Below, piece after piece: positions 38,982 through 47,705 of a stretch of DNA of 64,000 nt. The DNA comes from a bacterium (GTDB taxonomy: Bacteria > Patescibacteriota > CPR2 > UBA1875 > JAJYID01). The translations under genes and the position numbers were made by a program. Every line of letters starts with the position of its first letter. The first letter of the stretch is position 1. The notes under the pieces were generated by a model. The model searched no databases. It had not been told where the DNA came from and worked only from the letters and a program-made list of their open reading frames with translations. The DNA lies in the NCBI GenBank assembly GCA_030647205.1, contig JAUSJO010000005.1, positions 74,523 through 138,522 of the forward strand. Reading direction: 5' to 3'.

Positions 38982-39128
38982 CTATTTTTTATTTATATAT
39001 TTCCACAATGCGGCGATACCGAGAATTAGGGCGACTATGACGAGTATGTAGCCAATCCACATAAAAATCATGGCTCCGCCATAGCTTCCACCCATCATGT
39101 TTTGATAGGAATCGTAGTTGTACATCAT
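38982..39128 (-). CDS. small membrane protein, copy 1
   Basis: AGGAG SD; MMYNYDSYQNMMGG + TM; paralog at 42520. Confidence 0.7.
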   Translation of the reverse strand: MMYNYDSYQNMMGGSYGGAMIFMWIGYILVIVALILGIAALWKYINKK

Positions 39129-39219
39129 TGTAAATCTCCTTTGTTTAGCTTGAGTATAGGTAAACAATGATGGATTTACTATGGGCAGGAATACAAAAGA
39201 ATCAGAACATTTTCGTGGC

Positions 39220-39244
39220 TATTTTTTAGCTAAATCCAGCAAGT
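39220..39244 (-). repeat. 25-bp direct repeat (3'-end remnant of the Imm-5-like gene)
   Basis: 24/25 identical to 42046-42070. Confidence 0.8.
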
Positions 39245-39325
39245 TTTTGAAAAGAGTTAAGGCCGCCCTTGCGGGCGGCCTTGTTGGTACGTGTTTTCGC
39301 GTTGTTTTCTTGCAGTTTCTGGTTG

Positions 39326-39481
39326 TCAGCCTTGGGAGCTAATTATCAAGAGCATTAACGCGATGCAGAAGATAGCTATGGGGAGCCAGTTTCTTTTGAT
39401 GTCTCTCCCGAGCTCAAACAAGGGCCAGAACATCTCGTCGCGATTCGCCACCTTCTTGATTCTTGTCATTCTTGTCGTCAT
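39326..39481 (-). CDS. 51-aa membrane peptide (absent from ORF track)
   Basis: AAGGAGGT SD; MTTRMTRIKK...WLPIAIFCIALMLLIISSQG*; terminator 39260-39283. Confidence 0.55.
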   Translation of the reverse strand: MTTRMTRIKKVANRDEMFWPLFELGRDIKRNWLPIAIFCIALMLLIISSQG

Positions 39482-39558
39482 TGCGATAACCTCCTTGAGA
39501 TGTTACGTGGTTAGTAACATGCCGATTGACTGGGGTGCAGGTGTACATGGAAGTTGGC

Positions 39559-39951
39559 CTATACGGCCAGAGATTCCTTTTTTGAGCGGAGTCGTTCGAG
39601 TGTTTGCTGGAGCCTAGCGAGCTCAGGTCTGACTGCCTTGATTGCATAAAGGCGCTGAGAAGCAGTGAGCGGAGGATCGTTCGTGATTTCTTCAAGCCGC
39701 GGTGCTGAGCCGAGAGGGAAAAGGGGAGGGGTAGTAAATCCAGGTATATCCATTGCGCATAAACCCTCCTTATTGATAACCAGATTTCCCCGCTCATCCG
39801 ACTCGAAAGTAATTGCCTTAAAGTAAGAATCAGCGAGTTCAGCTGTGATCTCTTTGATGAGCTTGTCTGCCTGAAGCGCGAGCTCATCCTCTGTTCCTTT
39901 TTCGGCCGCTTCATCCCAGGTCATCTCAGTTTTTTGTTCTGACGACATCAA
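39559..39951 (-). CDS. hypothetical protein
   Basis: TAGGAGG SD. Confidence 0.6.
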   Translation of the reverse strand: MMSSEQKTEMTWDEAAEKGTEDELALQADKLIKEITAELADSYFKAITFESDERGNLVINKEGLCAMDIPGFTTPPLFPLGSAPRLEEITNDPPLTASQRLYAIKAVRPELARLQQTLERLRSKKESLAV

Positions 39952-40110
39952 AACCTCCTAGGGTAGTTACGCTTTTTGAAGCTCATCCTAACTTACAAAA
40001 GTCTGAAGATTATAATACTTTTAAGATAAATTCTCAACCCAAACCTCGAATTTTTCCAAAAGAAAAAGACGGGTGACTAGCACCCGTCTTTTGGATTGGA
40101 ATCCTCCTTG

Positions 40111-40587
40111 CTATACCGAAGAAAGCCGCTCTGTTAATGCTTTTTCCTCGCGGATTTTCCGGAGTATTTTCCGCACGCGCCGGAGAGAAGGCTTGAATCT
40201 CCTGATTGCTGCTTCTCGCTGAAAATCGTACGGTAATGCATCTATGGCATGAGGGTACATGATCGATAGCCCTTGGCTCGCAACGACCAGTCTGTTTCCG
40301 TCTTTCTTCATCAGATCGACGATCTTGCCCTCTCCGGCAAGTTCCGAAATCATCTTCTGGATAATAAGGTCGACTTCATATGCAAGCTGTTGTTCGTACT
40401 GAGGGCTGTCGGCCTTGTCCCAAGTTAGTTCGAATTCGCGATCGAGAATAGCTTGATAACCTTTGTCTACCTCCTTAAGGTCAATAGTCCCGGCCAGAAT
40501 TCGATTTCGAATTTCTGTTTCCTTTCTGTAAATGGCCAACATCAGATCGTCCTCGACAGCTTTTTTGTCTTTCGCCGTCATCGACAA
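40111..40587 (-). CDS. hypothetical protein
   Basis: AAGGAGG SD; terminator 40064-40092. Confidence 0.6.
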   Translation of the reverse strand: MSMTAKDKKAVEDDLMLAIYRKETEIRNRILAGTIDLKEVDKGYQAILDREFELTWDKADSPQYEQQLAYEVDLIIQKMISELAGEGKIVDLMKKDGNRLVVASQGLSIMYPHAIDALPYDFQREAAIRRFKPSLRRVRKILRKIREEKALTERLSSV

Positions 40588-40774
40588 CCTCCTTTGGATA
40601 CGTACCTCTAGCGGAGGTATTCGCCTTATCTCGATATGAGACGACCCCTAAGCGGATAGGGGAATTAGGCATTCATTCTAACATAATTATTATGTATTGT
40701 CAATAAAATCTCAAAAAGGATTTTTAGAAAAAGCAAAAAGGCCCCTTGCGGGGCCCTTTTAAAATCAGGTGTTG

Positions 40775-41017
40775 TTACTTAGGAGGAATAGAGATTGGTG
40801 ATGCATCCGGTGTTCCGGTGTCACCGTCCCAGGGGGGTTCATCTGATCTTTGGATGGCGATATCGTACAACCCCGGTCCTGTCTTGAAGATGATTGTCTG
40901 AGTGTGTTCGATTTTCGGACTCGTTGCTGTCCCGTTTTGGTTGCCGCAACTTGCGATCAGAACGAGACTGACCAGAAGGGCAACTACCAGCAGGATCCTC
41001 TGTACGTTTATTGACAT
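40775..41017 (-). CDS. small lipoprotein
   Basis: Signal peptide with IAS-C lipobox; GGAGGAG SD; terminator 40736-40760. Confidence 0.65.
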   Translation of the reverse strand: MSINVQRILLVVALLVSLVLIASCGNQNGTATSPKIEHTQTIIFKTGPGLYDIAIQRSDEPPWDGDTGTPDASPISIPPK

Positions 41018-41220
41018 GACTCCTCCTTGAGTCTCTGTTTTCCAGAATATTTTTTACCGCTTCGTTAGAAGCGGAGTAACCTGATTTAATGTATGGTTCA
41101 CTCTAAAGCCAAAATTTCTGCTTAAGAGAATAATGTATACTACCATAGAATATCTTTTTTGTCAATAGTTATTTAAACCCCAAATTCTCACCTTCGCAGT
41201 AGAAAATAGGGGAAACTACA

Positions 41221-41254
41221 GGCACGAGATTTTGCTATCGCACAATCTCGTGCC
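41221..41254. repeat. conserved-core hairpin 1
   Basis: GGCACGAG-ATTTTGCTATCGCACAAT-CTCGTGCC. Confidence 0.9.
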
Positions 41255-41377
41255 ACCTCACTCCTAAAACTCAGGATTATAAAGTAAAACTCAGAAATAT
41301 TGATGATATTTGCTTTTGTATACTTGTTTCTCATTTCTGAAAGGCATTAAAATATTTAGCACAAAGACAAAGTTAAC

Positions 41378-41411
41378 GGCACGAGTTTTTGCTATCGCTC
41401 AAACTCGTGCC
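41378..41411. repeat. conserved-core hairpin 2
   Basis: GGCACGAG-TTTTTGCTATCGCTCAAA-CTCGTGCC. Confidence 0.9.
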
Positions 41412-41426
41412 TTATAAAGGAAACAA

Positions 41427-41960
41427 TTGAAAAAGAAAAGAAAGATATATTTAGGGAAGAATGAGAGAGAAATTCTAAGGATGGTGGGAACAGGAGCTTT
41501 GGTGGCTGCTTCTTTGGTCGCGCCGAACTTGCCAAGTGCCTTTGCGGGCAAGAAAAAGAAATCTTATCGGCAGAGTTTCCAGAGGGCGTACGATAAAAAC
41601 CTAATTTATTTGAGCGGTGAGAAGGTTCAGCTCTCGGAAAAGGGACAGAAGCTGATGGAACAGATACTTAGCGAGGATATTGAAATTAAAAAGCATGAAT
41701 GGGATGGGATTTGGCGGATTGTTTCGTATGACATTCCGGAAGATCCGCTGAAAAAAGAACGAAGTTATTTCAGGCGAAAACTTGAGAGTTTAGGATTTGT
41801 GGAACTGCAGAAAAGTATGATGGTGATACCTTATGAATGCAAAGAAGAGATAGCGGTAATTGCACAGAATTTGCGGATCTCGCCATATGTCATGCATCTC
41901 ATCACCGATAACCTGCCTAGACAGAATGAGTTTGTTAAGAGATTTGGATTGGAAGAATAA
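41427..41960 (+). CDS. PaaX-like winged helix + Cas2-like domain protein
   Basis: VQLSEKG wing; WDGIWRIVSYDIPE..R..FRRKLESLGFVELQKS. Confidence 0.85.
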   Translation: MKKKRKIYLGKNEREILRMVGTGALVAASLVAPNLPSAFAGKKKKSYRQSFQRAYDKNLIYLSGEKVQLSEKGQKLMEQILSEDIEIKKHEWDGIWRIVSYDIPEDPLKKERSYFRRKLESLGFVELQKSMMVIPYECKEEIAVIAQNLRISPYVMHLITDNLPRQNEFVKRFGLEE

Positions 41961-42027
41961 TTCTCAACATTTTGCTACCTGTCCGCCCGTAGCTTCAGCG
42001 AAGGAGGATCGCTCAAAGTTGAGAATT
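41959..42027. repeat. conserved-core hairpin 3, interrupted by a 31-bp REP-like insert
   Basis: AATTCTCAAC-ATTTTGCTA[CCTGTCCGCCCGTAGCTTCAGCGAAGGAGGA]TCGCTCAAA-GTTGAGAATT. Confidence 0.8.
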
Positions 42028-42044
42028 TATAAGACATGTTTTGA

Positions 42045-42497
42045 TTATTTTTTAGCTAAATCGAGCAAGTGCTTGTGCTGCCACTCTCGTTCTTTGGCAA
42101 CATCTCCGCCTGCTCTATGAATAGCTTGTAATGCGTAAATTGCACTGCCGATGGCGTGAGTGGGGACGTGCGCGGTTGCCGCTGCCTGGCCTGCGGCTCG
42201 GGCGGCAGAACGGGCTGAGCTATCCTTGTTTACATCACGGGCGGCAGCATGAGATGCAAGGGAAGCGCCGCGGATAACAGACATTTTAAATACACCTGTA
42301 TCTAGCCATGTTTGCAATGTTTCCAGAGCTTGTTTGGGTCGTTTATCATTTGGAAAACTATCTTCAAAATAGGGCAGAACCCGCTCAGCACAGTCAACAG
42401 CCCAGACAGCCAAGGTTTTCTGGTCAGCTTTACTGACTATGTCTATAAAATATTCCTTCTGCTCCGCGAGTGAAAAACTAGATTTCATACCTCTCAT
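42045..42497 (-). CDS. Imm-5-like putative immunity protein
   Basis: WAVDCAERVL..DKRP..HAAAR..AARAAGQAAATAHVPTHA. Confidence 0.75.
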   Translation of the reverse strand: MRGMKSSFSLAEQKEYFIDIVSKADQKTLAVWAVDCAERVLPYFEDSFPNDKRPKQALETLQTWLDTGVFKMSVIRGASLASHAAARDVNKDSSARSAARAAGQAAATAHVPTHAIGSAIYALQAIHRAGGDVAKEREWQHKHLLDLAKK

Positions 42498-42519
42498 TAT
42501 ACACCAGGGCAGAATGTGG

Positions 42520-42669
42520 CTATTTTTTGTTTAGATATTTCCACAACGCGGCGATACCGAGGATTAAAGTAACTATGACTAGTATGTATCCAAGCCACAT
42601 GAAGAGCACGGCTCCACCTGTGCTCCCACCCATCATATTTTGATAGGAATCGTAGTTGTACATCATCAT
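42520..42669 (-). CDS. small membrane protein, copy 2
   Basis: Paralog of 38982-39128, including the upstream region. Confidence 0.7.
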   Translation of the reverse strand: MMMYNYDSYQNMMGGSTGGAVLFMWLGYILVIVTLILGIAALWKYLNKK

Positions 42670-42765
42670 AAATCTCCTTTGTTTAGTTTGAGTATGGATT
42701 AAAAGCAATGATTTTCCTATGGGCAGGAATACAAAAGAATCAGAACATTTTTGTGGGCGGTCTCG

Positions 42766-43143
42766 TTATACTTGAGCTTGCTTTTCGGGTATAAACCTCG
42801 TAATGTACAGGCAAAAGACCATGGTAAAAAGGCCCAAGTAATAAAAGAAGTTGGTTATAGGGAATACGCCCACCTTGAGCCAGATGAAAAGAGGGGCATG
42901 AATAGACAAGAAGCCTAAGACAAACAGTATAAGAATCACTTTCTTTTCTAAGAGCTTTTTTGTAAAGAATCCGGGTATCATTATATCCAGTCCGAGAATT
43001 GCGGATATCTTATAAATCTCCATCGAGGGGTAATGGCCGCTTTTGAACAGTGCAATAGTTGGTATAAAAAAGGCAGCGCTTATTCCAAGGGCGATGAATA
43101 TCTGCCGTTTGTAAAGCTGTATTTTCATCTTCATATTTTCCAT
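42766..43143 (-). CDS. 4-TM membrane protein
   Basis: Four hydrophobic segments; ATG at 43143. Confidence 0.6.
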   Translation of the reverse strand: MENMKMKIQLYKRQIFIALGISAAFFIPTIALFKSGHYPSMEIYKISAILGLDIMIPGFFTKKLLEKKVILILFVLGFLSIHAPLFIWLKVGVFPITNFFYYLGLFTMVFCLYITRFIPEKQAQV

Positions 43144-43244
43144 ATACAAGAGAATACCATAAAAAGAGAAAGTAGGACATTTCCGTGGTCGTTTTAAAAA
43201 AAGCAAAAAGCCGGCTTACGCCGGCTCTTCGCAAACAAACATTT

Positions 43245-43595
43245 TTACCCCCTGGGCTCAAGGTAGGCGCCCATTGCCGCGATGATCTCATCGAGTTCCT
43301 CAGAGAGAACATGCTGGTACTTGCCCGTAGGCAACTGGATTGCCATGATATAACCCGGTGATAAGGTCGCCTTGCAGAATGAGCCCCGTATTAAAGGAAA
43401 TCGGGAATAAACGTGTCTGCATGGTACGACCGCGACTTTTGAGTCGGCGTTGTGTTCCACTAGCTCAGTCACTGCCTCCTTACTGAAGTATATCTTTCCC
43501 TGCAAGTCTGGCAGGGTGAGGCTGCAGATGGCGAAATGCTCGGTGTCTTCATCTGCCGGTCCAACTACAGGTTTTTCTATAATTTCTGTCGCCAT
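43245..43595 (-). CDS. hypothetical protein
   Basis: GGAGGT SD before ATG 43595; terminator 43206-43229; upstream hairpin 43629-43680. Confidence 0.6.
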   Translation of the reverse strand: MATEIIEKPVVGPADEDTEHFAICSLTLPDLQGKIYFSKEAVTELVEHNADSKVAVVPCRHVYSRFPLIRGSFCKATLSPGYIMAIQLPTGKYQHVLSEELDEIIAAMGAYLEPRG

Positions 43596-43795
43596 GATCA
43601 CCTCCAAATAGCTTGTTTGCGTTTGAGATCTAAACCTGCCATTTAGCAAAAACTTATTTCGGCCAAATGTCAGGTCTAGAGAGAGCTGGAAAGGTACGAT
43701 AGTGATTTATAATAGCATGAAAGATATAAAATATCAATTCTGAAGTCGTCACAATATAACATTCTCGTGAGCGGTTTTTGTGCTATAATTCTGCC

Positions 43796-44260
43796 ATGGA
43801 AATCATCAAGAAAATAGATATTCATAAGGAATCAGAAAATTTTCTAAAAGAGTGTTCGCCTCCATCGGTAGGATATCTAGAAAGAGCCTTTAATAAGTAT
43901 AAGTTTTGGTATCAAATCTCTGTAGATGAAGATGATTTTAGTAAAATTATGATTGGCGGTTCTCCTTTAAAAGATGAACCTTGTTTTCTCAAGGAAGCGG
44001 TTGAAGAGCTAGTCCAAAATAAGCACTTACTAGAGGTTGAGCAAGAGGGGGTTAACACAAAACATGTTGGGAAATATCTAGAAGCGAACTATTTAGGTGA
44101 TATATTTCTAATACAGAAAGACTTTATAACCAAGAACGATCTCTATGTTATAGACGGGATGCATAGACTTTTAGCGTATGGGCTGAGGCTAAAGGAAGGT
44201 GAGAAGTTTCAGGATTTCATCGCTTATCTTGGTTGGAATGAAAAACTCTTAGTGGAGTAA
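43796..44260 (+). CDS. hypothetical protein with ParB/Srx-like DGxHR motif
   Basis: LYVIDGMHRL. Confidence 0.6.
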   Translation: MEIIKKIDIHKESENFLKECSPPSVGYLERAFNKYKFWYQISVDEDDFSKIMIGGSPLKDEPCFLKEAVEELVQNKHLLEVEQEGVNTKHVGKYLEANYLGDIFLIQKDFITKNDLYVIDGMHRLLAYGLRLKEGEKFQDFIAYLGWNEKLLVE

Positions 44261-44297
44261 GGAGCAAGGCAGAACATTCTTGTGATATCATTGATAT

Positions 44298-44915
44298 ATG
44301 AAAAAAGTTTATAAACAAACCCAGGCGGTCTATGAAAAGCTTGCCAAAAAATATGTCGAAAATATTAAGGATCTAACACCAGATGATCTGTATAGGTTTA
44401 TAGAACTTCTTCCGAGTGGTGCCTCGATCTTGGAAGTTGGTTGTGCTGGCGGGAGGGACGCGAGGATATTTCTAGATAAGGGATTTAAGGTTGCCGGCAT
44501 AGATTTAGTTAAAGCATTCATCGATATTGCCAGAGAAGAATGTCCAGATGGCGACTTCTATCAAATGGATGTGCTGGATTTAGATTTCCCTGACAGCAAA
44601 TTTGATGCTGTTTGGGCCTATGCGTCTCTTTTGCACTTGGATGATGAGGATATGCTAAAGGCACTAGTTAATATCAACAAGGTTTTGAAGTCGCAAGGAA
44701 AAATATTTCTTGGTCTTAAGCTAGGGGATAAAGAATCTATTGTTTCTGATAAGTTGTCAGATGGGGAAGAGAGGTACTTTAACTTTACAACCAAAGAGAG
44801 AGTGTTTGAGTATCTTCAGGAAAGCGGATTTAAAGTGTTAAAATATTTTCTTGTTGCAGATAAGGCGGGAAGAGATGATGTGAAATGGATATACGTATTT
44901 GCGGAAAAATCTTAA
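44298..44915 (+). CDS. class I SAM-dependent methyltransferase
   Basis: ILEVGCAGGRD, FDAVWAYASLLHL. Confidence 0.9.
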   Translation: MKKVYKQTQAVYEKLAKKYVENIKDLTPDDLYRFIELLPSGASILEVGCAGGRDARIFLDKGFKVAGIDLVKAFIDIAREECPDGDFYQMDVLDLDFPDSKFDAVWAYASLLHLDDEDMLKALVNINKVLKSQGKIFLGLKLGDKESIVSDKLSDGEERYFNFTTKERVFEYLQESGFKVLKYFLVADKAGRDDVKWIYVFAEKS

Positions 44916-44966
44916 AGTAGAACATCTCCGTGGTCGATTTTGTGATATCTCTGCTATAATAGGGCA

Positions 44967-45482
44967 ATGAAAAGGGCGATTATCATACATGCATGGGACA
45001 GTGCTCCGGAGCAGCACTGGTACCAGGAGGAGAAGAAACTTCTGGAAGAGAAGGGCTACTCTGTTGATTTACCAAAAATGCCCGGCGGTCTCTGGCCGAA
45101 GCAGGGTGAATGGCTGAAAGTTATTGAAGGCCTAAAACCTGATAAAGATACGATCATGATCGGTCATAGTTTGGGTGTCCCAGCTATACTTAGATATTTG
45201 GAAGATACTGGCAGTAAAGTCGATAAGCTATTTCTCATTGCTGCTTTTGCCGTAGATCTGGGGATAGAGGAGACTAGCAACTTTTTTGAAAAGCCCTTTG
45301 ATTGGGAGAAAATTAAGGGTGACACTAGCGAGTCCTATGTGATAAATGAACAGAATGATCCGTATGTTCCGTTGGAAAAAGGTAAAGAAGTCGCTGATGG
45401 ACTAGGAGCTGAATTTAGTGCTGTAGAAAGTAATATCCATTTTGATAAAATGGATTTGGATTTAATAAATTCGAGATTATGA
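44967..45482 (+). CDS. RBBP9/YdeN alpha/beta hydrolase
   Basis: GHSLG, NDPYVP, HF. Confidence 0.88.
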   Translation: MKRAIIIHAWDSAPEQHWYQEEKKLLEEKGYSVDLPKMPGGLWPKQGEWLKVIEGLKPDKDTIMIGHSLGVPAILRYLEDTGSKVDKLFLIAAFAVDLGIEETSNFFEKPFDWEKIKGDTSESYVINEQNDPYVPLEKGKEVADGLGAEFSAVESNIHFDKMDLDLINSRL

Positions 45483-45742
45483 AAAAAGATTTAGAGAGTG
45501 AGATAAATGACATCAAGGAAAGAAACAAACGGGTTGAGGCAGATAAGGCCTGGGAAACGAGCCTGTTTCGAAAGGTTTTGATCATGGCCTTTACTTATAT
45601 AATAACTGCCATGGTTTTTTACCTATTAGGAGTAGATAATTATCTGGCAAGCGCGCTAATACCAACCATAGGTTACTTTTTATCAGTACAGTCGCTACCG
45701 TTTATCAAAAAGTGGTGGATTGATAAACATTATAAAGTTTGA
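45479..45742 (+). CDS. small membrane protein
   Basis: ERNKRVEADKAWETS plus two TM helices. Confidence 0.7.
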   Translation: MKKDLESEINDIKERNKRVEADKAWETSLFRKVLIMAFTYIITAMVFYLLGVDNYLASALIPTIGYFLSVQSLPFIKKWWIDKHYKV

Positions 45743-45762
45743 ATAAATAATTTATTCTGATT

Positions 45763-47190
45763 ATGGATTTGAAAAAGACAGTTCAAAAACTTCCAACGAC
45801 TCCCGGCGTCTATATCTACCGAAACGCGGGAGGGAAGATTATATACATCGGAAAAGCTATCAACCTGCGTGCCAGGGTGAGGTCGTACTTTCAGGATTCT
45901 CCGCAAGAGCCCAAAACTCAGAAATTAGTTAGAAATATCGCCACATTAGAGCATATGAAGACGGGTTCTGAGATAGAAGCACTAATCCTTGAAGCTGAGC
46001 TTATAAAGCGCTATAAACCGAGGTTTAATATCATTTGGCGTGATGACAAAAACTATATCTACATCAAGATTACGAACGAAGATTACCCACAAGTTTCGCT
46101 AGTACGCCAGATAGTAGACGATAAGGCGAAGTATATCGGGCCTTTTGTGAGTGCCGGTGCTGTACGAGGATTACTCCGCTATATAAGGAAAATATTCATG
46201 TTCCGGCATTGTGAAAACCTGCCTCAGAAAGTTTGTCTTCAATATTCCATCGGAAACTGTTCAGGACCTTGTGAGAAGTTTATTACGAAGGTAGAGTATA
46301 AAAAAAGTATTCGCCAGATGGAGAAGCTCTTTCAAGGAAAGACGAAGGAGATAGAAAAAGAGTTCAAGCGTGAGATGAAGCTTGCTGCTAAGGGTGAGGA
46401 CTTTGAGAAGGCGGCTTTGTACAGAAATCGGCTGATGTGGCTAAAGAAGATTAAAACCATAGAACTGGGCGAGGAAGAGAGGGATTTGAAGCGGGATAAG
46501 GCACTAGTTGGGCTTCGCGATGCGCTAAATCTAGGTGCCGTGCCGAAAAGGATAGAGTGCTACGACATTTCCAATATTTTTGGTAAGGCGGCTGTGGGCT
46601 CAATGGTGGTTTTTGTGGACGGGATTCCGGAGAAAAACCATTACCGTAGATTTGAGATTAAAACAGTAGACAAGATTAGTGATACGGATATGATACGTGA
46701 AGTTTTGGGGCGCAGATTCAAGAAATTTGGCAACATAACCAAGCCGGACGATTCATTCTCGCAGATTCCTGACCTCCTTATTATAGACGGAGGGAAAGGA
46801 CAATATTCGGCGGCCGAAAAAGCACTTGCGCAATATGGACTAAACTTGAATTTAATATCTTTAGCGAAACAGCGCGAGGAAATATTCAGAAGGAATCCGG
46901 AAACAGGCGAGTTCTATAAAACTATGCTGGAGGAAGGTTCGGAGAGCTTGTATCTGGTCCAAAGAATTCGTGATGAGGCACACAGATTTGCCATTACATA
47001 CCATAGAAGCAAGAGGGGGAAGGAAATGGCAGTTTCAAATCTGGATGTTGTTGATGGTATCGGCCCAAAAACAAAGAAAGTGCTTCTCAAAACTTTCGGT
47101 TCGGTAGAAAATGTCAGAAACACATCAGTTGAAGATTTGTCAAAAATAGTCGGTGAAAAATTAGCAAAAAAGATTAAGGAAACTTTATGA
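45763..47190 (+). CDS. uvrC: excinuclease ABC subunit C
   Basis: GIY-YIG (GVY..YIGKA), UVR, RIECYDIS, IDGGKGQ, RDEAHRFA, HhH. Confidence 0.97.
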   Translation: MDLKKTVQKLPTTPGVYIYRNAGGKIIYIGKAINLRARVRSYFQDSPQEPKTQKLVRNIATLEHMKTGSEIEALILEAELIKRYKPRFNIIWRDDKNYIYIKITNEDYPQVSLVRQIVDDKAKYIGPFVSAGAVRGLLRYIRKIFMFRHCENLPQKVCLQYSIGNCSGPCEKFITKVEYKKSIRQMEKLFQGKTKEIEKEFKREMKLAAKGEDFEKAALYRNRLMWLKKIKTIELGEEERDLKRDKALVGLRDALNLGAVPKRIECYDISNIFGKAAVGSMVVFVDGIPEKNHYRRFEIKTVDKISDTDMIREVLGRRFKKFGNITKPDDSFSQIPDLLIIDGGKGQYSAAEKALAQYGLNLNLISLAKQREEIFRRNPETGEFYKTMLEEGSESLYLVQRIRDEAHRFAITYHRSKRGKEMAVSNLDVVDGIGPKTKKVLLKTFGSVENVRNTSVEDLSKIVGEKLAKKIKETL

Positions 47191-47705
47191 AAAAACCGAT
47201 TTGCATTCTAACTGCCGGTCCGCCAGGGGCATCGAAGACTCCGGTTGCTTATTATTTGTCTTGGAATTTGGGCTTAGGGATGTTTAGTACGGATGCAATC
47301 CGGTTGGAAGTACTTGAAGATATTCTAGAAAATGATCTGGAGAATGAGCAAATAAATCAGCGAATAGACGAAAGATTGGAAAAACTTATAAACTCGAAAA
47401 GAAGCTTTATCTATGATGCAAGTATTGATAGAAAGTGGCCAAAAATTAAAAAGCAGCTTGAAGACAATGGTTATAGATATTTCATAATCAGCTTTGACTT
47501 AAACCCTGAACTTTTAGAAAAAATGGCGAAAGCCAAAAGATATGGTTCGGGCCAAGAACTCGTAGACAGGTGGTACAACGACCATCAGAATTTCTTGGAG
47601 GAATATGGGCAAGAGGTAGCTCTTTCAATCAAGAATAATAATTTTTCAAACAGGCTAGACATTTCATTAAAAGCAGTAGAAAAATTTCTGAAGGAAAGTT
47701 TATGA
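47187..47705 (+). CDS. P-loop kinase-like (AAA_33) protein
   Basis: AGPPGASKT, STDAIR. Confidence 0.7.
   Translation: MKKPICILTAGPPGASKTPVAYYLSWNLGLGMFSTDAIRLEVLEDILENDLENEQINQRIDERLEKLINSKRSFIYDASIDRKWPKIKKQLEDNGYRYFIISFDLNPELLEKMAKAKRYGSGQELVDRWYNDHQNFLEEYGQEVALSIKNNNFSNRLDISLKAVEKFLKESL

Larger units (their letters stand above)
38967..44933 (+). repeat. dispersed junction motif AGAACATYYYYGTGR (7 copies, same orientation)
   Basis: Copies at 38967, 39204, 42742, 43174, 43756, 44271, 44919; shortened copy at 42511. Confidence 0.7.

Noticed and set aside
39291..39914. ORFs 39291-39617(+) and 39414-39914(-)
   Set aside because: Shadow frames of SD-supported minus-strand genes 39326-39481 and 39559-39951.
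41221..41411. CRISPR array beside a cas2-like gene
   Set aside because: Only two full repeats, a 123-bp spacer containing a probable promoter, a third copy on the far side of the gene, and no cas1. Reported as a different architecture instead.
38967..44933. Classical integron attC array
   Set aside because: No RYYYAAC/GTTRRRY palindromic sites, no IntI, and genes lie in both orientations.
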